Part shown: positions 18,997-28,220 of the stretch, piece by piece
Layout: every line of letters starts with the position of its first letter
Numbering within the stretch: position 1 is the stretch's first letter
Assembly (NCBI GenBank): GCA_043771495.1
Contig: JAYVHE010000242.1
Coordinates: 1 to 53,795, forward strand
Origin: Bdellovibrio sp.
Lineage (GTDB): Bacteria > Bdellovibrionota > Bdellovibrionia > Bdellovibrionales > Bdellovibrionaceae
Length of the DNA stretch: 53,795 nucleotides
Direction: 5' to 3'
Notes under the pieces: generated by a model
Seen by the model: the letters and a program-made list of their open reading frames with translations, nothing else
Told to the model about the DNA's origin: nothing
Database searches by the model: none
Translations under genes and position numbers: made by a program

Positions 18997-20164
18997 AATT
19001 GTTCGTGTAGATCCAACCAATCCATTTGTTAGCATCCGGCAACGGAAGTCTCGTGCTAAGGCGGATTTCAATTCGGTAAATACCAGGTTCTTTAATATTG
19101 AACCAGCCTTTAAAGGTATTGTAGTGGTCTTTTCTTTGGCCATCTTTGAAGAGGATGATTTCATAGAAAACATTTGGTTCCGGGAATTGGAAATAGAGTT
19201 TGAGATTTTTTTTGAACGGGACTGAGTCCCCAATTTTGTAGAAATTAGTTTCGTGATCGTCAGTAATGTAGGCTTCAAATCCATTTGGATTTCCTAGAGT
19301 GTCGAAGGTGAGGAAAAAATTTCCATTCGATAAAGCTTTTTCGATTTGTTTGGAATCGCTATCGATGTCGCCGACAAGCTCTGAATTTAAGACTAAATGT
19401 TGTGAAGCAATACCCAAGGTTCTTTCGTACGAGGGAAATCGGACTAACCAGTCTGCAAATGGAATGGCTCTGGCCGAGGCTTCAGAGCCTAGGAACATCA
19501 CGAATTTTTTGAATTGTGAAATGCGATCAAAAATTTCTAATTCTTTTTCGGGTTCGTTAAATAAGCGAATCAAGGCCAGTTTCGGATTAAACGGGTAAAA
19601 TAATAAGCTCCAAATGGTGGAAATTCGATTTGTATCCCAAGAGTGTTGGGTCATTTTTTTTAAATTAATTACTTCGATGCCACTTAAGTTTTGTCGTAAT
19701 AAAAATGATTCATCGAAGTCTTTGTCTAAGGGATGCGCCAGATAAATAAGACTATTTTTTTTATTGGTTTGGAAAAAATCGGTAATCTCTGAAGTGATAG
19801 CGCGTGAATTTTTATTGTCGTGAGAGTAATAAATAATTCGTCCAAATTCTGTTAAAAATTTTGTTGCAAATAATACACCAACGCGGTCGACGTAACGGTC
19901 GTGTTCTAAGTCGACCTTATAGTTAAGGTCCGTCAACATTAAGAAATCGTTCTGAATTTTTTGCGCATCTTCGGCTATTTCTGGTACGCTTCCAGAGCCG
20001 AGAGAAATATTAGAATGAATATTTTGATTCAATTGATAAGTATAATACATTGAGGGACGTGCAATTTTTTTATTTACGAAGTCAAACTGGAATTGCGACA
20101 GGTAAAATCCGTAGGTAAAAAACAAAATTAAAATGAAGGCTATTATGCTAAATGTTTTATTCAT
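18983..20164 (-). CDS. Membrane-anchored PHP-like protein
   Basis: N-terminal TM; NIHSNISLGSG, LTDLN, LAHP, GIEVIN, GSEA resemble degenerate PHP motifs. Confidence 0.55.
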   Translation of the reverse strand: MNKTFSIIAFILILFFTYGFYLSQFQFDFVNKKIARPSMYYTYQLNQNIHSNISLGSGSVPEIAEDAQKIQNDFLMLTDLNYKVDLEHDRYVDRVGVLFATKFLTEFGRIIYYSHDNKNSRAITSEITDFFQTNKKNSLIYLAHPLDKDFDESFLLRQNLSGIEVINLKKMTQHSWDTNRISTIWSLLFYPFNPKLALIRLFNEPEKELEIFDRISQFKKFVMFLGSEASARAIPFADWLVRFPSYERTLGIASQHLVLNSELVGDIDSDSKQIEKALSNGNFFLTFDTLGNPNGFEAYITDDHETNFYKIGDSVPFKKNLKLYFQFPEPNVFYEIILFKDGQRKDHYNTFKGWFNIKEPGIYRIEIRLSTRLPLPDANKWIGWIYTNNFTVK

Positions 20165-21479
20165 TCTCTAGTAAAATTAATTCCAGGTTATATTCTTTAA
20201 ATTTTTTAATTTCAGTTTTTTTATACTTTTCGGTCCATTCCGGCCACCACGAATTAGCATGCTTCAACAAATAAAACTTGTCGCCTTTAACTGGTGTTGG
20301 GATTTCTTGCAGGCGGTCATAGAAGTCGTATCTACCCAAACGTGGAAGCTTTTTAACCTCGCGGCCAGATAGGTAGTGAATTAAAGACGATATTTGATAC
20401 GAAGGCCCATATAGGGGTTGATAATCTAGAATGTCCGGTAAAATTCTTTTAACTTCAGTGGCATTTGGGACATTTCTAATTTTTTCTTGGCCAAAAGGTG
20501 AACAAACAAAAATAATTAAAAATAAGTAAATAAAAATCCAGTAGCCCAAGCTTAGCTTTAAATTAATTTTTTTGAAGTCTAAAGCAGCCGCGCCTTGCGC
20601 TTGTGCGGCAATTGGCCAATTGGCTTCAACAGGCGCTTTCGTTGAGCTATAAAAGAAAAAGGCCCATTGCGCTAATGCCATTGTGCTCAGTTCTGACTTT
20701 TTCCAGGCTCGAACTATACTGTAAATTAAAAATGGCGAAAACAACAATATCTGACCCATAAGGTAACTGGCCGACCACTCCCACTTATATAGATTGCGAG
20801 TGAAGCCGTGATTCAACTGAAATAAAAATGACTCCCAGTTGTTTTGATAATTCCAAATAATGACGGGTAAAGAAAAAACAAAGCCACTTGCAACGGTAAT
20901 TCCCAAATATTTAAAATTAATTTTTCGAAGCTGTTTTGAAACTGCCAAGTAAAGCAATATGGTCGGCACAAATAGTACAATGTGGTATTTCGAACAAAAG
21001 CCAAGACCCAGGAAAAGGCCGAGCAATAGATAATCGAGCCATTTTTGCGTCTGTAATGCCCGTAAAACAAAATAAAAAGAACAGCCCCAGAAAAAAATCA
21101 ATGGAACATCGGGAGTCGCAAAAATTCCACCCATTCCCAAAAGTGGGTTTAAATTAAAAAACAAAAGAAATAATAGAGACGCCTGCCGAGTCGGTTGATA
21201 ACTTCGTTGAAAAGCCTTGAGCCAGACAAAAACTGAAAATGTACTTAATAAAATAAAAAAGCTTCGTACTCTGAGCCAATCAGGTAGAAACGATAAAGTC
21301 TCTGAAGCGGAAGTTAACCATGAAACGATGGGCGGGTGATCAAAATAGCTCAGTTGTAAATTTTGTCCCCAATACCAATAATAAGACTCATCGCCAACAA
21401 CTGGAATAAAAAACGCGATCAACGTTTTAGCAACGATTAAAAAAACAAATACTAAACAGACGTCTTTTTTTGTTAACAC
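20157..21479 (-). CDS. ArnT/PMT-like (GT-C) glycosyltransferase
   Basis: DESYYWYWG...SYFDHPP, TPDVP, SKY, PVIIWN; multiple TM helices. Confidence 0.88.
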   Translation of the reverse strand: MLTKKDVCLVFVFLIVAKTLIAFFIPVVGDESYYWYWGQNLQLSYFDHPPIVSWLTSASETLSFLPDWLRVRSFFILLSTFSVFVWLKAFQRSYQPTRQASLLFLLFFNLNPLLGMGGIFATPDVPLIFFWGCSFYFVLRALQTQKWLDYLLLGLFLGLGFCSKYHIVLFVPTILLYLAVSKQLRKINFKYLGITVASGFVFSLPVIIWNYQNNWESFLFQLNHGFTRNLYKWEWSASYLMGQILLFSPFLIYSIVRAWKKSELSTMALAQWAFFFYSSTKAPVEANWPIAAQAQGAAALDFKKINLKLSLGYWIFIYLFLIIFVCSPFGQEKIRNVPNATEVKRILPDILDYQPLYGPSYQISSLIHYLSGREVKKLPRLGRYDFYDRLQEIPTPVKGDKFYLLKHANSWWPEWTEKYKKTEIKKFKEYNLELILLENE

Positions 21480-22412
21480 TTAAAATGACAATACAGTAGG
21501 TGTTGCAGAATTAGCCGCCGAACCCCTTAATACTCCGTTCACTGTAATATTTAATGCGGACCCATCTGGAGTTCGTAAATGTAAACCAGCCTGTGAACGA
21601 ATAATCTGAAATGACTGAGGCGACATGCGAATAGTCGTATATTGTGTCGAATTCCCTTTGGCGTATTCAATCACAATATCTTTCTTAGCTTCGATCAATA
21701 GTTCAACCGGTTTACCTGCAGAAGGCGTTGGCGCAGCATAAGCGGCGCCTGTTGGTGCCGGTGGCGTTATCGGAGCCGTTGGATTTGCTGGTTTTGGTTT
21801 TTCTGCAGAAGCTGGATCATTTGATGGCGCTGCAGCCGGCGGCGCGGGTTGAGCTGGAGTGCCATTTTCTGAAGTTTGTGCCGGTTGCGCCTGAGTGTCA
21901 GCGGCAGGAACTGCAGGAATTGGCGTTGGAGGTGTTGTGCTCACTTCAGAACGAGAAATATTGTTCAACGACGATAATGATTCGTTTTTATAATCAGTAA
22001 TTTTGTTATTGATGAATGCAATTAATAATACCAAAACAAAAACGACAACGAATGCCAGTATGTGATTTTTATTAAATTTAGTTTCTAATGTGATTTTTTC
22101 ATTGGGCTTGTGTTCAATTTTTTTTGAAGTTACTTCGTCAGTTGCAATTGGTGGCGGACGTTTTGGTAAGGGGCGAGTAGAGCCCATCTCTTCTTGAAAT
22201 TGTCTAAGAACGATCTCAGAATCAATTTTTAAATAGTCGGCGTAACTTTTTACGAATCCTCGAACAAATGTTTTCGCAGGTAATAGATCTAACTCACCAT
22301 TTTCTATGGCCGTAATTATTTTACTATTCAATTTTAATGCGTAAGCGATGTCTTGAACGGTTAAGTCTTTTTTAATTCGTTCAGATTTTAATAATTCACC
22401 AGTTATTTTCAT
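21480..22412 (-). CDS. rodZ: RodZ-like HTH membrane protein
   Basis: GELLKSER...IENG...FVRGFVKSYADYL HTH, TM helix, Pro/Ala linker; follows pilF. Confidence 0.8.
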   Translation of the reverse strand: MKITGELLKSERIKKDLTVQDIAYALKLNSKIITAIENGELDLLPAKTFVRGFVKSYADYLKIDSEIVLRQFQEEMGSTRPLPKRPPPIATDEVTSKKIEHKPNEKITLETKFNKNHILAFVVVFVLVLLIAFINNKITDYKNESLSSLNNISRSEVSTTPPTPIPAVPAADTQAQPAQTSENGTPAQPAPPAAAPSNDPASAEKPKPANPTAPITPPAPTGAAYAAPTPSAGKPVELLIEAKKDIVIEYAKGNSTQYTTIRMSPQSFQIIRSQAGLHLRTPDGSALNITVNGVLRGSAANSATPTVLSF

Positions 22413-23179
22413 CGTAAATCTTTCTCGATCATTTGAATCATTTCTTTTGCGTTATCTTTATTGGGGCCGTTTTCAAAAAATTTAATGACTTCGTTGAAGC
22501 GATTCAGGGATTGATCTATACGTCCTAAGCGATAATAAGCGATAGCCCCGTAATAGTGGGCCTCATCGATTTGATTTTGTTTGCAAAAATAGGCGGCCAT
22601 ATCTAAACGGGCGGCGGCCAGTTTATTTTTTTTAAGCTCCAATAGTGATCGTCCCATATAAAGCTGTGAAAAACAGTCTTCACGAAAAGATTCAACAGAC
22701 TTAGTAAAGTAGGTCAGAGCTTCTTCGTATTTTTTTAAATGAAATTTGGCCAGACCCATATTGTTATATGACGAGACAAATTTAGAAAACGTTAAATCTT
22801 CGACGACGACGGCTAGAATTGATTCAGCTTTTTGATACTGTTTAATTTCGATGTAAACGCGAGCCAAGTTGTTGCGAGCTTCTGTAAACTTGTCGTCAAC
22901 TTCTAAGGCTTTAGAAAAATGCTTCATAGATTGGTCGTAACGCTTTCGTAAAAAGTAAACTAAACCTAAATTATTTTGTATGAGCGGATCTTTGCCATTG
23001 AGTTCTTCGGCCTCTAACAATAAGCGCAAAGATTCAGGCAAATTATTTTTTTGTAATTCAGAGATAGCCATGTGCATTTTAATGGAAGCAATTTCTTGTC
23101 TTTTGGTGTCAACGGTCGTGCAGGAATTTAACACTAACACACTGATTAAAAAAACAAATACGCCGAGATTTTTTGACAT
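22409..23179 (-). CDS. PilF/PilW/Tgl-type TPR lipoprotein (pilotin)
   Basis: Lipobox LNSC, TPR repeats (NNLGLVY, NNLARVY, NNMGLA); ndk...rodZ synteny. Confidence 0.8.
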   Translation of the reverse strand: MSKNLGVFVFLISVLVLNSCTTVDTKRQEIASIKMHMAISELQKNNLPESLRLLLEAEELNGKDPLIQNNLGLVYFLRKRYDQSMKHFSKALEVDDKFTEARNNLARVYIEIKQYQKAESILAVVVEDLTFSKFVSSYNNMGLAKFHLKKYEEALTYFTKSVESFREDCFSQLYMGRSLLELKKNKLAAARLDMAAYFCKQNQIDEAHYYGAIAYYRLGRIDQSLNRFNEVIKFFENGPNKDNAKEMIQMIEKDLR

Positions 23180-23217
23180 AAAAAAATGCTATCAGGTCAT
23201 CAAAGGGAGTCAATAAA

Positions 23218-24393
23218 TTAGCTCGGAAACTCAATAATGCAGAGGGTTTCAAAGTGATCGGTCTGAGGAAACATATCGTAGATCTGCAACCACTTGATTT
23301 GCAGTGGACGATTAGTGGAAACGGCTGTTTTTAAGTAAGCTAAATCACGAACAAGGTTCACGGGGTGACAGCTAACATAAACAAGCGATCGAGGCGGATT
23401 TAAAGCAATTTTTTGCAAAATGGTACGATCACAGCCACTACGTGGGGGATCAATAAGGACAACATCATTCGATAAGGGCATCGATTTGCAATACTGCACG
23501 CAATCTGCCGTAAAAAAAGTAAGTCTTTTTTGCAGTTTTAAAGCTTTTACTTTTTCTACGCCGTATTTTGTCAGATTTGAATTTAATTCGACGGCATTGA
23601 TCTTAGATTCTGGAAGTGCTTGTGCTAACTGGAACGTAAAGTTTCCGGCACCAGCGAATAATTCGGTAATGTTTGTGGGTTTGTAAGCAGTTATTGCCGA
23701 TACAGTTTTTTGAACCAATAGATCGTTAATTTCTGTATTTACTTGAGCAAATGAAAGCCCCTCGCCACTTTCACCGATCGGATAATGTTCAAACTGGCCC
23801 TCTTGGTTAATTTTGAGTTCGTACTTTTTAATTTGTTCAGAGGGTTTCAATTCATTTTTTAATCGAGGAATTTGTTCATTAATTTTCTCGTCAGCAATTG
23901 GACAGAAGTCGATATCAACAATATTATGGCTGCCTTTTTCGAAGTATCCGAATGCATTGCCTAGGCGTTTTAATTGAATGCGATTGCGATAATTTAATCG
24001 CTTTTTTCCAACAACGCTTGGTTGCAACACGTAAGGTGTTTCCTTCAGAAATTTTTGCAGTAAATCCGTCAGAATTAATTCTTTTTGCTGAACTTGTTCA
24101 GCTTCAACAACTTGCTGCCAACTACAACCACCACAACGATCAGCCACAGGACAAGGCGGCGTGCGACGATGCGGACTAGGTTCGATGATTTTAACCAACT
24201 CGCCAGTCAGGAACGTTTTTTCAATACTCAAAATCTTAATTTGGGCTACATCACCCGGAGCCGTCAGCGGCACAAAAACCACGATATCGCGCTCCAAAAA
24301 ACGATGGCGGGCAATTCCTGACCCGCCGACCGCTAATTTTTCAATTTTGACATCTAATTTTTGTCCAACAAGGGACTTTATATCAGAGCTCAA
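23218..24393 (-). CDS. TRAM-domain 23S rRNA m5U methyltransferase (RlmD/RumA family)
   Basis: TRAM domain, CPVADRCGGC Fe-S motif, ELFAGAG, DPPRSG, YVSC, DMFPQTDHFE. Confidence 0.9.
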   Translation of the reverse strand: MSSDIKSLVGQKLDVKIEKLAVGGSGIARHRFLERDIVVFVPLTAPGDVAQIKILSIEKTFLTGELVKIIEPSPHRRTPPCPVADRCGGCSWQQVVEAEQVQQKELILTDLLQKFLKETPYVLQPSVVGKKRLNYRNRIQLKRLGNAFGYFEKGSHNIVDIDFCPIADEKINEQIPRLKNELKPSEQIKKYELKINQEGQFEHYPIGESGEGLSFAQVNTEINDLLVQKTVSAITAYKPTNITELFAGAGNFTFQLAQALPESKINAVELNSNLTKYGVEKVKALKLQKRLTFFTADCVQYCKSMPLSNDVVLIDPPRSGCDRTILQKIALNPPRSLVYVSCHPVNLVRDLAYLKTAVSTNRPLQIKWLQIYDMFPQTDHFETLCIIEFPS

Positions 24394-24404
24394 TTGAGAC
24401 TTAA

Positions 24405-24830
24405 CTACATGTTCGCAAATTCGTGACGATCAAAGAAAATCGCAAGCTCGCGCTCAGCAGAAGCCGCTGAATCAGAACCGTGAACTGCGTTTTCGCCCAT
24501 AGAATCACCGTGCTTAGCGCGGATTGTACCAGCTTCAGCTTTTTTAGGATCAGTAGCACCCATGATTTCGCGATTCTTCAAAATTGCATTTTCGCCAGTC
24601 AAACACATCATCAAAACAGGACCCGAAGTCATGAATGATACCAACTCACCAAAAAATGGACGAGCGCTGTGTTCCGCATAAAATAATTCAGTTTTTTCTT
24701 TAGACATCATCGTTAATTTTGCCGCAGCTACTTTTAAACCCTTTGATTCGAAAGTGTGGATGATATCACCAATCGCGTTTTTCTTAACTGCGTTTGGTTT
24801 AATGATTGAAAATGTTCTTTCTTTTGCCAT
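24405..24830 (-). CDS. ndk: Nucleoside diphosphate kinase
   Basis: [22 protein letters not shown]. Confidence 0.98.
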   Translation of the reverse strand: MAKERTFSIIKPNAVKKNAIGDIIHTFESKGLKVAAAKLTMMSKEKTELFYAEHSARPFFGELVSFMTSGPVLMMCLTGENAILKNREIMGATDPKKAEAGTIRAKHGDSMGENAVHGSDSAASAERELAIFFDRHEFANM

Positions 24831-24984
24831 GTGAACTCCTTGTAAGTTTTAAAAACCAGATAGTTTAGAACTAAACTGACTAAGACACCGGGTCAAACAG
24901 CTTTTCCGGAATTTAGATTAGAAGCGTCGCAGGGACCTATTAGTTCGTTTTAAACAAATCTCACAATTATGCATAAAAATTGGT

Positions 24985-25013
24985 TTTACAAATTGTCAAC
25001 AATACCGTACAAT
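24985..25013 (+). promoter_or_regulatory. sigma70-type promoter of the toxin-antitoxin locus
   Basis: TTTACA-N17-TACAAT, with an ATTGT...ACAAT inverted repeat overlapping the spacer and -10. Confidence 0.6.
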
Positions 25014-25028
25014 AAGCAGGACAGATCA

Positions 25029-25183
25029 ATGGATCAGCAGCTTAAATTTCGAGTTCTTAGGTCACAAGAATTGGGCAATTGGTTATCGTTGTTTTAGGAG
25101 GAGGAAACAAAAATGGGCAAAGTAAAGACATCAAAAAAGCAAAAAAAGTCTTTAATAAAATCAAAAGTTCCACTTTTATTTGA
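25029..25183 (+). pseudogene. Internally deleted RelE-like addiction-module toxin
   Basis: MDQQLKFRVLRSQELGNWL (ATG 25029) is joined out of frame to VIVVLGGGNKNGQSKDIKKAKKVFNKIKSSTFI* (stop 25181-25183), the typical C-terminus of addiction module killer proteins. Confidence 0.75.
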
Positions 25184-25436
25184 GCATGATCCGTACAGCA
25201 AAGAACTAGCTGATCCAAAGCTCATAAAGCTAACCATACTACAGGCACTTATGGACAGCGATCTAGAGGCCGTTCGCGATGTTTTGGTGGCTCATTTACA
25301 AACAGTTAATAAATCAAATTTGGCCATTAAGACTAAACTTGGCCGGCAAACTATCTATGACTTGATGGATTCAAAAAAGGAATTCAACCCGTCGATTAAA
25401 ACTCTTTCAGCTATACTTGATAATATTGCTGCGTAA
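25113..25436 (+). CDS. HTH antitoxin (addiction module antidote family)
   Basis: NKSNLAIKTKLGRQTIYDLM...NPSIKTLSAIL XRE-type HTH; strong GGAGGAGG SD. Confidence 0.85.
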   Translation: MGKVKTSKKQKKSLIKSKVPLLFEHDPYSKELADPKLIKLTILQALMDSDLEAVRDVLVAHLQTVNKSNLAIKTKLGRQTIYDLMDSKKEFNPSIKTLSAILDNIAA

Positions 25437-25456
25437 TCGGGAAGATACTCTTGTCA

Positions 25457-25969
25457 CTAATGTTTTGTAAAGCCAGGACAAGTCCGCTCCCAGCCTTCAT
25501 TTACGCTAAAACAGCTTTTCGAATTACAAATTGAATCAAAAATTAAAAAGCTATATCTCACCGGAAATTTGTCAGAGGTATCAAAGACTTGAAATTCTGT
25601 GTTGGTTAAATCTTTTTTAAGTCTTCCTCTTAAGCATAGAGTAACTGAAGAGGATTTTTTTATTATTTTTGAGACTTCTTGAGTTTGAGATAAACACACG
25701 CTTTTAGCTTGATGAATGGAATGTAAGACTTCAATAACTTCTTTTTGGTCGTTTAAAATATACATCGCATATTGATGCCGCCACTTATTTTCGTCTTCGG
25801 CATCCAAAAATGCACACCCCTGTTTAATTTGATCAGAATTAACCTTGATAATATGAAAATCTTCAAAACTTTCTTGATTGGGGAAAGAAGTTATTTCAAA
25901 GGATTTTTTAGTTGCACAACTCAAATATAAAAAAGTCATTAAAAGCAGGCTATTTTTTAAGTTCAGCAT
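25457..25969 (-). CDS. Hypothetical lipoprotein
   Basis: Lipobox YLSC, six further Cys; overlaps the upstream gene by 20 nt. Confidence 0.75.
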   Translation of the reverse strand: MLNLKNSLLLMTFLYLSCATKKSFEITSFPNQESFEDFHIIKVNSDQIKQGCAFLDAEDENKWRHQYAMYILNDQKEVIEVLHSIHQAKSVCLSQTQEVSKIIKKSSSVTLCLRGRLKKDLTNTEFQVFDTSDKFPVRYSFLIFDSICNSKSCFSVNEGWERTCPGFTKH

Positions 25970-26618
25970 AAAGTTCTCGATATCTTTCTAAGGCTTTGGT
26001 TTTTAACTTTGTTTTACTTTTTAATAAACCCTTATATTCCAAAATAATTTCTTCGGGGGTTGCGGGCCTACCAAGTTTGCTTTCAGCTCTTGTTTTTTTG
26101 TATGCGAGCCATCTAATAGCAATGGGTATGGCTATTTCAGCGTTTTTTAGATCTTTTTGATGAATATTATTAAAGATAAAATCTTTAGCTTCACCATTTG
26201 GATCTTGGATTATTTTCCAGGTCTCCTTTGTAATTTGCGCTATACCGATAGCTAAAGGATTTTTGGGATCTAATTTAAATCCAGACTCACTCCCAATCAG
26301 AGCTTTAATCATATCGGGCTCAAGCTTAGGATTAATCTTAAAAAGTGTATTAAAATAATCTGTCCATATAGCGATTAAATCGTTATAGGAATTGCCATCT
26401 TTTTTATAACCCAAATTGTTTTCTGAAGGCTGTACAATATTTTTTAAGCTATAACCGTTCGAAATTTCATATATTTCTAACTCGTTTAAATATGTACCAG
26501 GTAACCGTCGTAAATGTTCATCGACAATCGTTATTCCAGTAGGATTTTTAGGGCTAAGCTTTACATGGCGTGGGTGAGTGCGAACAGTCGTTGTTTTTTT
26601 TGATTTTTTCTTAGCCAC
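25950..26618 (-). CDS. SLT/lytic-transglycosylase-like protein without signal peptide
   Basis: MIKALIGSESGF (motif I ES) and AIGIAQIT (motif II GLMQ-like); basic N-terminus; GTG start. Confidence 0.7.
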   Translation of the reverse strand: MAKKKSKKTTTVRTHPRHVKLSPKNPTGITIVDEHLRRLPGTYLNELEIYEISNGYSLKNIVQPSENNLGYKKDGNSYNDLIAIWTDYFNTLFKINPKLEPDMIKALIGSESGFKLDPKNPLAIGIAQITKETWKIIQDPNGEAKDFIFNNIHQKDLKNAEIAIPIAIRWLAYKKTRAESKLGRPATPEEIILEYKGLLKSKTKLKTKALERYRELYAELKK

Positions 26619-26763
26619 AGCAAATTCTATCGCTATGAGAACGTAGGAAACAAGTTTTTAAATTTTTGCTTTTACGACTTTGCAATTACAGATTAATGCG
26701 GCCGATTTTTAGAGGAGTTATCATCAACACATGGAATCGGTAAAAATGGCTTTCCATTTGCTT

Positions 26764-26804
26764 AAAATAAAAAAGCTATACGAGGTTTGGCCCCCTATAG
26801 CTTT
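26764..26804 (-). terminator. Rho-independent terminator of candidate sRNA
   Basis: Minus strand AAAGCTATA-GGGGGCCAAACCTCG-TATAGCTTT followed by a U-rich run. Confidence 0.7.
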
Positions 26805-26866
26805 GTAGCGATGGCTTGCTCCGATTAACAGATCGGCGGTGCCCTATGGATCATAACAACCGTTAT
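26769..26866 (-). ncRNA. Candidate small RNA (~100 nt)
   Basis: Lies between a sigma28-like promoter and a terminator; internal CCGAT/ATCGG hairpin; no ORF longer than 9 codons from its ATG. Confidence 0.45.
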
Positions 26867-26872
26867 GAAAAG

Positions 26873-26899
26873 TATCGGCGCGTTTTAGAGTTAACTTTA
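26873..26899 (-). promoter_or_regulatory. sigma28 (FliA)-type promoter
   Basis: Minus strand TAAAG-N16-CCGATA (TAAAGTT...GCCGATAC), close to the FliA consensus. Confidence 0.65.
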
Positions 26900-27100
26900 A
26901 TTGCTTTGAACATTATTTTCGTGGTTTTAAAAATCGTGATTATAATTAAGAACGTCTAAGTTTTCATGAAATCAGTTGCACGTAAATTCCAGAATTTTGA
27001 TCAGATTCTTTGAGTCCGTTTAATCAAGACCATGGTCGGGACTTAAAATCCTGGATGCAAAGCCTCCGCACGGAAGGCTATTGGGGGCCTTTTGATGAAT

Positions 27101-27319
27101 TTAATTTTGACTGTCTTTTTTGATGGAGTCTTTTTCGGATTTCGCTGAATAGTAAAAAGTTTCCCAGATTTCATATCCGTAGATTAGAAGTGCTGCGATA
27201 AAACCGAATAAAACAGTTAACCAATCGCCAAATCCTGCACTTGCGGACCACTTCGCTAAGAACATAAATCCTATAACTAGGGCCGCATAATACAGAAAAC
27301 GGGGAATTCGAAACTTCAA
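27101..27319 (-). CDS. Small two-TM membrane protein
   Basis: 72 aa, two hydrophobic helices, starts 10 nt after the sucD stop. Confidence 0.6.
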   Translation of the reverse strand: MKFRIPRFLYYAALVIGFMFLAKWSASAGFGDWLTVLFGFIAALLIYGYEIWETFYYSAKSEKDSIKKDSQN

Positions 27320-27329
27320 GATACTAATC

Positions 27330-28199
27330 CTATCTCAACATGCTTTTTAGTGTCGTGCCCATATCAGCCGGAGAGCGCGAAATTTTGCAACCCGCAGCTT
27401 CTAGCGCTGCAAATTTTGCTTCCGCTGTTCCCTTGCCACCGCTAATAATTGCGCCGGCGTGGCCCATCCGTTTTCCTGGAGGAGCCGATGCGCCTGCAAT
27501 GAAAACGGCGATTGGTTTTTTGAATTCTTTTTTGATGTATTCAGCAGCTTCTTCTTCGGCAGTTCCACCGATTTCACCGATCATAATCACTGCGTGAGTT
27601 TCTGGATCAGCATTGTAAAGCTTTAGCATATCGATAAAGTTTGTGCCGTTCACTGGATCACCGCCGATACCAACGCATGTTGATTGGCCTAAACCTAATG
27701 CCGTTAACTGGCCAACAGCTTCGTACGTTAAAGTTCCAGAGCGTGATAAAACGCCGATGTTACCTTTTTTGTGAATGTGGCCGGGCATGATTCCGATTTT
27801 ACATTCGCCTGGTGTAATAACGCCTGGGCAATTTGGACCAATAAGTCGCGTGCGTTTACCTTGCATGTATTTTTTTACTTTGACCATATCAAGAACTGGA
27901 ATTCCTTCAGTGATACAGATGACTAAATCTAAATCAGCATCAACGGCTTCCATGATTGAGTCCGCCGCGAATGGTGGTGGAACAAAAATCATCGAAACGT
28001 TACAGCCGGTTTTTTCTTTAGCTTCTTTGACCGTGTTGAAAACTGGAATTCCTTGGTGAGTTGTTCCGCCTTTTCCAGGAGTTACACCGCCAACCATTTG
28101 AGTTCCGTACGCTTTACATTGTTCAGAGTGAAACGAACCTTGTGATCCTGTTAAACCCTGACAAATTACTTTTGTATTTTTATTAATTAAAATCGCCAT
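27330..28199 (-). CDS. sucD: Succinyl-CoA synthetase alpha subunit
   Basis: [23 protein letters not shown]. Confidence 0.98.
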   Translation of the reverse strand: MAILINKNTKVICQGLTGSQGSFHSEQCKAYGTQMVGGVTPGKGGTTHQGIPVFNTVKEAKEKTGCNVSMIFVPPPFAADSIMEAVDADLDLVICITEGIPVLDMVKVKKYMQGKRTRLIGPNCPGVITPGECKIGIMPGHIHKKGNIGVLSRSGTLTYEAVGQLTALGLGQSTCVGIGGDPVNGTNFIDMLKLYNADPETHAVIMIGEIGGTAEEEAAEYIKKEFKKPIAVFIAGASAPPGKRMGHAGAIISGGKGTAEAKFAALEAAGCKISRSPADMGTTLKSMLR

Positions 28200-28220
28200 T
28201 GTTTACCTTATTTCTCTGGT

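Noticed and set aside
26769-26850. c-di-GMP-I riboswitch, suggested by CAAAGCTATAGGG on the minus strand
   Set aside because: No GGCAAAC...GAAA tetraloop stem or GACGCAAAG junction; the segment pairs as a terminator. An Rfam scan would settle it.
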